This document shows, piece after piece, positions 12,201 to 20,238 of a stretch of 64,000 nt of DNA. The notes beneath the pieces are model-generated. The model ran no database searches. It saw only the letters and a list, made by a program, of their open reading frames with translations, and was not told the origin of the DNA. The stretch covers positions 30,814,001-30,878,000 of the forward strand of contig OZ281494.1 in the NCBI GenBank assembly GCA_965637545.1. The letters run 5' to 3'. The translations under genes and the position numbers were made by a program. How positions within the stretch are numbered: position 1 is the first letter of the stretch; each line of letters starts with the position of its first letter. Source of the DNA: Phallusia mammillata (taxonomy: Eukaryota).

Positions 12201-13943
12201 ATGGATAAATGTGCTTTTAGGACAGACCGCAATAAGAGAATGTTAACAGTATGATTACTTCTGTCAAAAACAGTACAAGGGTTGGCTGATCACCTACAGT
12301 CCTACAGTACTACACAGTACATGTCTCCAAAGCCCTATTGGATTGTAAACCATGCATTAATTAAAGTTAGCCTATATTGAAAGGTTATTGTTGCTTTTGA
12401 TGAGCCCTGTGTAATGTTCAAAATCTCCCTTCGTTGCAGGAGCATCTAGTGCTGAAAGAAAAGGTTGCTTCGAAGTTGCTAAGTTGCTCGGGGCGTCATC
12501 ACCCACAAGCCACGATGAGGGAAGCGAATCTGGAAACTTCTGGGCAGCTTTAGGTGGCAAAGGGGATTATGCGACTGACCCCCGTCCTGAGGTGGGTATC
12601 GCTGTGACTTTGGTTCAATGGTTCCCAAACTGTGGCACGCGAATACCTTTTACATTGTGTGCAAGCTTTCTTTAGATGACACGAGATCAAAATTATAAAA
12701 TTTACATGGCTTGGTTTCACTAATAATCTTCTTTCCTAGGTTGGGACACATTGTTTTTGTCCATTTTTTCCTTTTTCTATCTAACGCTGGTTTGTTTCAA
12801 CCGTTTGGTCATAAAAGAATGCTTAAAACATAATCAAAATGTACAGTTATGTTACTTCGTTTGTTTGTTTTCATTTTTATCATCGGTGGGCGGGCAACGC
12901 TTGAAAGCGTTATGCTCACAATGAGTTCGCCGTCGAGCTGTCTGTTTAGTTCAACCCATCGGGAACCACTTGGTTGGAGCAATGCCGCTTAAATTTCTTG
13001 CTCAGGGAAACACAAGCGACCGAGATAGGATTAGAATCAATGACCTTGTGATCACAAGTTAGTTATCCGAAGCTGATCCTCCTAAAGTTTGGCCCCGAAT
13101 GACCAAACGGTTTACCCACAGGTCTCCAAATCCTTAATTTTAATTGCAACTTAATACACAGAATGAGACGAAACCGCCACGTTTGTTTGAGTGCTCTGAT
13201 GCCACTGGTAACATTGTCGTGGAAGAGGTCGTTGGTGATTGGACCCAGGAAGATTTGACTGTTGACAACGTTATGCTGCTTGACGCATGGACTGTTCTTT
13301 ATGTGTGGATAGGTAATGTTATTCATGAGTTTTTGAAAGCTTGTAGCATTGCATACAAGTACAATAGAATAAACCTCGGTTAATCCGGATCTTTGCCCAG
13401 TTCGGACAAAACTCGAGGTATAAAGGATATTTAATGTGTGAAGACTTGAACTAATCGACATCAAATAATCCGGACCTTCGCCTAATTCATATATTTTTTG
13501 CTCCAAACCGGTTCGGATTTGCTGTACATACATTACTATTTGGTATTGGTTTGTCTGTTAATCTATTTCAAAAAGAAACTAGCGACGATTATATTTAACT
13601 GATTTAGTTTTCCCTAACTTAAATGTTCAATAATAAAAACAGGAAAGGATTCAAGTGATCAGGAAAAGGTCAAGGCAGTAGAAGAAGCTCAGGAATACTT
13701 GGAATCGGATCCCAGCGACCGTGACGGCTCGACTCCGATATACAAAATACATCAGGGCAAGGAACCGCTTTCATTCAAAGGCTTTTTCCAGGTACCTAAT
13801 TGGTGACATATAAAAAACTGTGAATGGGAATTTATAATATGATGTGTAGTCAGCGTAAACGGCCGCTGGTCAGTTTCTTAAATTAAGAGTGTTTTATCAG
13901 GCCTTTATTTTTTCAGGGTTGGGACCACGAGCTTTGGGCCTGA
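249..13943 (+). CDS. GSN: Gelsolin-family protein, six gelsolin domains, no headpiece, about 710 aa, 16 coding exons
   Basis: Exons 249-269, 408-549, 3442-3596, 6027-6191, 6404-6538, 6783-6887, 8521-8662, 9197-9340, 9826-9986, 10438-10665, 11360-11481, 11982-12115, 12440-12591, 13162-13312, 13643-13791, 13917-13943. All introns are GT-AG, phases are consistent, total 2133 nt. Motifs: [95 protein letters not shown]. The first 7-codon exon (MGRSTLT) is the least certain; orthology within the gelsolin/scinderin/villin family is not resolved. Confidence 0.93.
3199..3300 (+). mobile_element. Degenerate tRNA-derived SINE fragment
   Basis: gtcgtaagtttaaatcccaccacaggttagattt aligns with the B-box region of the copies at about 23570 and 55435. 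Confidence 0.45.
4090..4440 (-). mobile_element. Possible decayed Ty3/gypsy integrase fragment
   Basis: Frameshifted minus-strand peptides [26 protein letters not shown] and [16 protein letters not shown] resemble integrase core segments. Weak, by eye only. Confidence 0.3.
4678..5611. mobile_element. Non-autonomous TIR element flanked by TA
   Basis: Left TA|AGGTACCTGCAG..AAGGCCCA, right TGGGCCTTAT..TTCAGGTACCT|TA; internal GGGCCTTA repeats near 4858, 5223 and 5571. Confidence 0.55.
8913..9115. repeat. Imperfect inverted repeat made of two Penelope-like terminal fragments
   Basis: Arms about 8913-8990 and 9041-9115 are reverse complements (aagtttatagagctcttctg / cagaagagctctataaactt). Each arm contains a degenerate CTGAnGA..GAAAC core followed by AATAAA. 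Confidence 0.7.
10125..10420 (+). repeat. Degenerate minisatellite (unit about ACTGGATAAAATGGTT) in gelsolin intron 9
   Basis: More than 10 imperfect copies, ending shortly before the acceptor at 10437. Confidence 0.75.
11110..11289 (+). mobile_element. hAT-type MITE, copy 1
   Basis: Termini CAGTGGTGAGATT / GAATCCCACTACTG; body nearly identical to 11597-11756. Confidence 0.7.
11597..11756 (+). mobile_element. hAT-type MITE, copy 2 (left end missing)
   Basis: Direct-orientation copy of 11110-11289, ending GAATCCCACCACTG. Confidence 0.7.
12616..12971. mobile_element. Degenerate hAT MITE
   Basis: CAATGGTTCCCAAAC ... GGGAACCACTT termini; TSD unclear. Confidence 0.45.
12972..13062 (-). mobile_element. 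SINE fragment (B-box-like sequence plus deuterostome SINE core-like segment)
   Basis: Minus strand reads gattctaatcc..gcttgtgtttccctgagcaagaaatttaagcggcattgctcc. Confidence 0.4.
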
Positions 13944-14667
13944 AGAGTCAGGAAAGCCCAAACAAGTTGTACATACATACCCCCATCATGGCTTCTTCAT
14001 AGACAAGCTCGTGCAATTTTCGAATGCTAACCAGGCCTTTGAGAAGACGTACTTGAATGTTCCAGATATACCTTGTTTGAATTACAAAATGCAGTCTTAA
14101 CAAAACGTTTTTTGCACCTTATATAAAACATACTGCTGTGACTGTTGTTGTTTGTATGGAGCGAGCTTCCACAATACATTGGCCTGTCATGTCAAACTAT
14201 TTTAAGGAGCAAGTTTTCATTATTTCTCACTGTTTATGTCCAGTTAACAAGGGGTCATAAATGTGTACCAGGATTTTTCAGGTAAAGATGGTATAATGGC
14301 TTTAACATAGCAGAATGAAATATGATGGAAAAACATTAGGAATAAATACCATAGTAGTCATAGCATCTGTGTATTTTAAAATATATATATACATGTTAAA
14401 AGCCAATAAGACTTACAAAGTACTGCATATTACATACCGATTCAATATTGATTAGAATAAAAAAGTCTGCTATAATTTGAAAACTGCAATAAAATAAGGC
14501 AAGAAGTGGACAGAAACACTTTTACAGGAAAATAAAAAGGTAACATCTTAGAAACACATTATGAAAGAATTTTGATAAAGTTTTTGTGAGGTGGAACTCT
14601 TGATTTGGGGAAACTTTGCACCAAGGCTGATAAAATACTTTGTCCAATAGTCACAAACTGCATAAAG

Positions 14668-15807
14668 TCATAAGTATAGAATGTGGTGCTTTCCATTAGC
14701 ATTGTGTGTACTTGTTCCTTCTGGGCAGGTCCATTCATACCACATTTTAAGCTGTGGATATTTTACATCCAAAATTTGTTTACTTTTGACTTTCTCGCAT
14801 ATTCTTGAAATTGAAACTGTAACTGTTTGACAACTGGGTGTAAAATCATTAGTCAGTGGAAAAAAAGCAGACTCCCAAAAGTAGGTATTTTGTTTAGCAG
14901 TGGGTCTTGTATCTATGTACAATTCACCATACAGTTTGGCTCTAAAATACCCAGCCAGTCCTGTCCACGTAATGTCTTCAGTACCAGATTTTCTGTGAAA
15001 TATGACATTGTGTTTGGTATTGTCCAATCTTGAGGTACATGATGCAGTGTAGACATCAGCAATCTGGGTCAAAAAAGTTGTATCGCGAGGTAGCCCAAGA
15101 ACATGCAATTGCTCACTGGGATTTTCTTTGAAGTATTTTCCCAATGTTTTGGAATGAATAGCACAAATATATGTTGTATATGACTCTGGAATTGAGGTAC
15201 ACAAAGGTAAACCACTCTCTGAGTGCTTACCGAATAATTTAACACTTGCGGAAAGAATTTCTGCTACAAATTCATTGTCGCCAAAACTGCCAAAAAGTTC
15301 AGAAACAAACAAATCAACACATTTTGTTTTTGCAAGATTAGTTAGTTTTGAATCACAATGATTACTACTTATTGCACTTTCTATTTCTTTTACAGTTCTA
15401 ATGGCAATGGGTTCATGAATTACAACTTTTGAGTCACCATCAAATTTTTGTTTTAGTAAATTGTTGGCACATGTATTAACTTCCAAAACATGAACAGTAC
15501 CAGATATGTTAAACTCATTTAAGCACTCGTTACAAAAATCAACAAGTCTACCCCTTCCAGCACCTACGACCAATATGTTCAGGATATTTTTAGGGTCCCA
15601 TGATTTCAAACATAAGTGTATTGAAGTGTAGTACAAAAAGTACTTCGCTCTGTCCATCTCCATAGACTCGTATTCGATACCAAGCCAAGGCGGAAAAATA
15701 GGGTCTCGATTTTTTGTCGGTTGTAAAATCCCATTTCGATTTAACTCTGATGAATAGTCCGTCAAAAATAGCCTATGTGCTTCTTCTGTAAAAGCAGAGT
15801 AGTCCAT
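14668..15807 (-). CDS. Intronless PRMT5-like protein arginine methyltransferase (Rossmann and beta-barrel only, no N-terminal TIM barrel), 379 aa
   Basis: Single ORF with PRMT5 motifs: YESMEMDRAKY (cf. YEVFEKDPIKY), ILVVGAGRGRLV (motif I), VHVLEVN (post-I acid), DLFVSELFGSFGDNEF (double-E loop, 9-codon spacing), SIPESYT, GLAGYFRAKLY, YFWESAFFPL, WYEW, HNANGKHHIL. An in-frame stop lies 3 codons upstream of the ATG. Confidence 0.88.
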   Translation of the reverse strand: MDYSAFTEEAHRLFLTDYSSELNRNGILQPTKNRDPIFPPWLGIEYESMEMDRAKYFLYYTSIHLCLKSWDPKNILNILVVGAGRGRLVDFCNECLNEFNISGTVHVLEVNTCANNLLKQKFDGDSKVVIHEPIAIRTVKEIESAISSNHCDSKLTNLAKTKCVDLFVSELFGSFGDNEFVAEILSASVKLFGKHSESGLPLCTSIPESYTTYICAIHSKTLGKYFKENPSEQLHVLGLPRDTTFLTQIADVYTASCTSRLDNTKHNVIFHRKSGTEDITWTGLAGYFRAKLYGELYIDTRPTAKQNTYFWESAFFPLTNDFTPSCQTVTVSISRICEKVKSKQILDVKYPQLKMWYEWTCPEGTSTHNANGKHHILYL

Positions 15808-16190
15808 ACTCTTTTAATCATCCATACGTTTTCAGGCACGGCACTGTTATGCGGTAGTACTACTTTAAAGAATACTGCAATTATAAAACACAAATCAGAA
15901 AGTTTTCAGCGAAAACCCGGTGTATTTCCCTTCGGTGAAACATTTGACGTATACAGGTATTGCGAAACGTATACCATATTGTACCATAGGTGTTTAACCT
16001 TATTAGTAGCATATGCCTGCTAAATAAAATTTGCTAAAACCATTGCTGTCTTGATGTGTTTATACAAACAAAATTTAAACCTATTATTTAAAAAACGCTT
16101 GCTTACAACGGTTGATGCAACAATTGACCTTTAACCTTTGCTTTCTTCTTTCGACTTCAAGATGGCGAACATTGGTAAAAAATGAGGTTA
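15808..16190. promoter_or_regulatory. Putative bidirectional promoter between PRMT5-like (-) and RBM12 (+), including a probable RBM12 first exon
   Basis: Head-to-head arrangement. Pyrimidine run followed by CAAGATGGCG (YY1-like, 16158-16167). Candidate donors at 16175 and 16187; acceptor ttttttatag ends at 16720. Confidence 0.5.
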
Positions 16191-16748
16191 GCTGAAATGT
16201 TAAGTGAAACGTTTATGCACCTCTTTGGCAGTTAGATTTCAGATAGAAAATTAAGGTTATTTTGCGTTTCAACTTGTAACGACAATTGTAGAAAATAAGA
16301 CATGCAAACATCTGCAAAAACTGTACAAACATTTTGATTTTTCTGATAACTTTTTGTAATTTGTTTGTCTAACTTATCGTAAGTCGTAACCTGGGTAGGA
16401 GATGCGTTTTTTTTGTCAAGCTAGGGACTGCATTGCATCAATAATCAGAATAAACTAGAATTCCCAAGTATTTTCAATTTGAGTCATCTGATAAAGAGAA
16501 GTAAAACATGATTTGTTAATAATGATTAAATTTGCATGCAGATTTGTTGTCTTTGTCTGTCGCTTTTCAGCCAAATTTTAAAATAACCATTTCTTTAACT
16601 GTTTGTGTATATCTTTATTAGATCCTTTTTGACTTAAAGGAGTTTCTTTTACATAAGATTACAAATTTAAACTTTCCTAAAATTTTATGTAAGACTTTTT
16701 TAATGGCTATTTTTTTATAGCTTTCTTGGTTTGTTGCCTGTCAAAAAT

Positions 16749-19700
16749 ATGGCAACTGGTGTTGTAATTCGATTACGTAATTTGCCGCTTGTTGCTGGCA
16801 CAATTGATATTCGTCAATTTTTTGGTGGTCTTCGTATTCCTGATGGAGGTGTTCACATTATCGGTGGTGAAGAAGGTACAGCTTTTATATTATTTTCAAC
16901 TGATGAAGATGCACGACAGGCAATGATGCGCGATGGGCAGACTATAACAGGAATGCCTATCAAGTTGATGCTAAGCAGCCATTCAGAGATGAAAAGTGTT
17001 ATTGAGGACAGCCAAAGGGTTTGTGAAGAATTAAGAGGCCTCCGCCCACCAGAACCCCCTATTACTAACTTGTCCAGCCATTCATCAGCAGTTGGTAGAG
17101 CAGAATACCCACCACAACAACAAATCAGGCAATTTCATGCCAAACCTCCCAGTCCGGAGTTAATGCCTTCTTTGCCAACTGGCAATGATATGCATTTAGA
17201 AATAAAAGGGATGCCTTTTGATGTCGACGAGAGTGCAATAATGTACTTTTTTGCACCAATTCCCCTTATTGGCATAAGATTCATGGTCGATGAAGCTGGT
17301 AGACGAACTGGAGATGCTTTGGTAAAGTTTAAATCACCAATGGATCTTTATCAGGCAATGAAAAAAGACAGGACCTATTTTGGAAACAGGTATATTAAGT
17401 TGAATCCAATTGCAGATAGACAACCACAATTGCCACCAGCACCAATGTATGATCCACTGAGAGCAGTGGACAGAAAGCGCCCACTTTCACCATCTGAAGG
17501 CACCCCAAAACGCTCACGAGAGTTTTCGCCTTTACGCTCTGACAACTGTGTAGAAATTCGAGGTCTGCCATCCACTGCCAACTTTAAGTCTGTGGGTGAG
17601 TTTTTTACCAGACTAAGGTTTGCTGATGGGGGATTGTATGTAGAGACAGATGGAAAAGTTTGCAAAGGGCGGGCGTTTGTTGAATTTTTGGCCTATGCTG
17701 ATTTTAAAGAAGCTCTGTTAAAGGATGGTGACATGTTGAATGGAAAACAGGTCCGAGTAATCAGTTTGTCCAAGCAAAATATGTTGGAGCAAATCAGGAT
17801 TCACAAGAAACACATGAAGACCAAAAGAGAAGAGGAGTTTATGAGGGAAAAAGAGAAAAAGCTGCAAGAAAAAAAGATTAAAGAAGAACGAAAGCGAGAA
17901 CACCAGTTGAGGAAACAAAAGGAAATGGATGAATGGCTTAGAAGGCAACACCAAAAAGAAGAGGAGGAAAGAAAGAGAAGAGACATTGAAAAACAAATGC
18001 TTCTCAAGAGTATGGAGGACCAAAGAATGTATGATATTCACCACCAACAGCAACTTGAACAAAAAAGGCAGGCAGAGTTGCAGCACCTTGAAAACAGCAA
18101 GACGGACAGTAGTTCTTTAGCTGTACAAGCCACTATTAAAAAAGAAGAAACTGTTTCTGGTGCTGGTGAAATGGAAATAGAAGAAGTTGAGCAGACTTTA
18201 CCCACTACAAGTACTCCAGCATCAATGTCATTGCCACAACCACCAGTGTTTGGTGCATCTGGGGGCATTGTTGGTGCAGCAGCAATGCCATTTGTTGTCC
18301 CTGGAGCAGGCTTTCCATTACCGCCGATGCCACAAATACCTGGTGTTTTACCACCTTCTTTGCCACCTAACCTAAATCCTTCAGATTTTATGCCTCCAAA
18401 CATGGCAAATTTACCACCTCCACCTTTACCCACTGCTTCAGCCTTGCCACCACCTCCAACTCCACCCGTAATGGAGAATAAAGCAGATATTGCCACAACC
18501 ATCAATTCTGTGTCTGCCAGTGGAGAACCACCTAAACCAACTGAGTCTAAAGAAACCAATGGGGATGCTGTTGCTGCTGTTGAAGAAGTAAAAAATGAGT
18601 TGGAAGACTCTGTATATATCAGAATGGCCAATACACCTTTTCAAATAGCTGAAGATGACATAAAAAGATTTTTCAGTGATGTCAGTATTGCACCAAATGG
18701 AATCCAGTTTATAATGAAAAAGGGCATGCGTTCAGGGCATGTGTTTATTAAATGCACATCAGTAAATGATGCAAAACGTGCTGTTGTAAAGAATGATGAA
18801 CCCTTGTTAGGAAGAAATGTGCTCGTTCAAGCTTCAAACATGGACAAGTTTCAGGAAATATATTTTAGGCTCACAAAAGGAAATTATACACCAACATTTG
18901 ACAAAAGTAGTTCAGCACCAACTTTAGGGGACTCTGTAACTAAAAGAATTAAAAGTGACAATCTAACATGTATATGTGTGGGAAACCTACCATGGGACAC
19001 CAATGTTGGTGACATGTTTAATTTGTTTGGGGATTTAAAGATTATTAGAGAAAGCCTTGTTATTATGAGAGGCCTGGATCGAAAATGCACAGGTGAAGCA
19101 TACATGGAGCTTGACTCTGCCATGGAGTGTGTAAAAGCGGCAAACTTGCATAACATACTGGCAATCCGTGGAAACTCGATCAGAGTTCTTCCCCTGTCAA
19201 GGAATAACATGAGAAAAGACATAGAAAACCATGACAAAAGAATGAATGCCGAAATAACAAGGCACGTTTCAGACCCCCACCGCTCAATGGGCCCACCTCC
19301 TCGTGGTCCACCAAATCTTCCACCACCAAATGAAGCACAAATGTCTCGGATGCCTCCAATGTCAACCAGACCCGAGTCATCGCTACCACCATATCGTGAT
19401 GAACGAATGCATCATCCAAGGGATGGACCGCCAGGAATGCCCCCAAGGGATCTACCACCAATGTTTGGTCCAAGAGATATTCCGCCAGATGCTGGTCGTT
19501 ACCCACCAATACCTCTGCCACCAGGGTTGATGAAGGATGGCCTGCCGCCACCTCTTCCATTTGGTGATGGTAGAATGCCACCACCTGGCCACCCTGATTC
19601 TTTTATGCGCCCCCGGTCACCACCAACTCCAGAGGAACTGCTAAGACTTAGAGGCCCTGGTGGTCCACCATTTTATTTTTCTCCCCCTCCAGTAGGTGCT

Positions 19701-19991
19701 GGACCACCCCGCTTTCCTATGGGTGGACCACCATTGCCCCCGAACCCAGCCAAATTTGTCTCAGTTAAAATGGGAAATTTAAATTTTAAAGTTACTCAAG
19801 AGGACATAGTTGAGTTTTTTTGGAGTTTTGACCCGATACCTGACTCTGTGAGATTGATGTATAACAAATCAGGCAAACCCACAGGAGATGGATTAATATC
19901 ATTTCCAAATATTGATGCTGCTCGGGCTGCAATAGATCAACTTAAGGGCAAAAATCTGCGCCAACGCCCTATAAAGCTGTTTTTGCAGTAA
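16749..19991 (+). CDS. RBM12: RNA-binding motif protein 12 homolog, single coding exon, 1080 aa, six RRM-like domains, charged coiled coil and Pro-rich linkers
   Basis: N-terminus MATGVVIRLRNLPLVAGTIDIRQFFGGLRIPDGGVHIIGGEEGTAFILFSTDEDARQAMMR matches the RBM12/RBM12B N-terminal RRM. C-terminal RRM ends GKPTGDG..AARAAIDQLKGKNLRQRPIKLFLQ. ATG at 16749 in context aaaatATGG, downstream of the acceptor at 16720. Confidence 0.93.
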   Translation: MATGVVIRLRNLPLVAGTIDIRQFFGGLRIPDGGVHIIGGEEGTAFILFSTDEDARQAMMRDGQTITGMPIKLMLSSHSEMKSVIEDSQRVCEELRGLRPPEPPITNLSSHSSAVGRAEYPPQQQIRQFHAKPPSPELMPSLPTGNDMHLEIKGMPFDVDESAIMYFFAPIPLIGIRFMVDEAGRRTGDALVKFKSPMDLYQAMKKDRTYFGNRYIKLNPIADRQPQLPPAPMYDPLRAVDRKRPLSPSEGTPKRSREFSPLRSDNCVEIRGLPSTANFKSVGEFFTRLRFADGGLYVETDGKVCKGRAFVEFLAYADFKEALLKDGDMLNGKQVRVISLSKQNMLEQIRIHKKHMKTKREEEFMREKEKKLQEKKIKEERKREHQLRKQKEMDEWLRRQHQKEEEERKRRDIEKQMLLKSMEDQRMYDIHHQQQLEQKRQAELQHLENSKTDSSSLAVQATIKKEETVSGAGEMEIEEVEQTLPTTSTPASMSLPQPPVFGASGGIVGAAAMPFVVPGAGFPLPPMPQIPGVLPPSLPPNLNPSDFMPPNMANLPPPPLPTASALPPPPTPPVMENKADIATTINSVSASGEPPKPTESKETNGDAVAAVEEVKNELEDSVYIRMANTPFQIAEDDIKRFFSDVSIAPNGIQFIMKKGMRSGHVFIKCTSVNDAKRAVVKNDEPLLGRNVLVQASNMDKFQEIYFRLTKGNYTPTFDKSSSAPTLGDSVTKRIKSDNLTCICVGNLPWDTNVGDMFNLFGDLKIIRESLVIMRGLDRKCTGEAYMELDSAMECVKAANLHNILAIRGNSIRVLPLSRNNMRKDIENHDKRMNAEITRHVSDPHRSMGPPPRGPPNLPPPNEAQMSRMPPMSTRPESSLPPYRDERMHHPRDGPPGMPPRDLPPMFGPRDIPPDAGRYPPIPLPPGLMKDGLPPPLPFGDGRMPPPGHPDSFMRPRSPPTPEELLRLRGPGGPPFYFSPPPVGAGPPRFPMGGPPLPPNPAKFVSVKMGNLNFKVTQEDIVEFFWSFDPIPDSVRLMYNKSGKPTGDGLISFPNIDAARAAIDQLKGKNLRQRPIKLFLQ

Positions 19992-20221
19992 GCTCAAAGG
20001 TGGGAATTTAAATGGCTAACAACTTAACTGTTTTTTGTTGTTGTGTGCAAAATAGTGGAGTTGAATGAAGTGTGACTGTTTGGTGTATCTGGTGCTATTG
20101 TGTTTTGGGTGGTTTAATCAGTTGCAATAGTTTTGTAATCTATGATACATAAAATATGATTTGGGCCTAAATATAACTAGCTATTGAAATTGGATTGTTT
20201 AAGAAAAAATATTTGGCTGTT

Positions 20222-20238
20222 TGTGTGTGTGTGTGTGT
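20222..20238 (+). repeat. (TG)n microsatellite in the probable RBM12 3' UTR
   Basis: tgtgtgtgtgtgtgtgt. Confidence 0.85.

Noticed and set aside
13063-13533. 156-aa minus-strand ORF
   Set aside because: Antisense to a gelsolin exon plus repeat-derived intron sequence; no protein signature.
17375-19584. Several long antisense and alternative-frame ORFs over RBM12 (e.g. 18038-18631)
   Set aside because: They are shadows of the Pro- and Glu/Lys-rich codons of the real CDS; no recognisable motifs.
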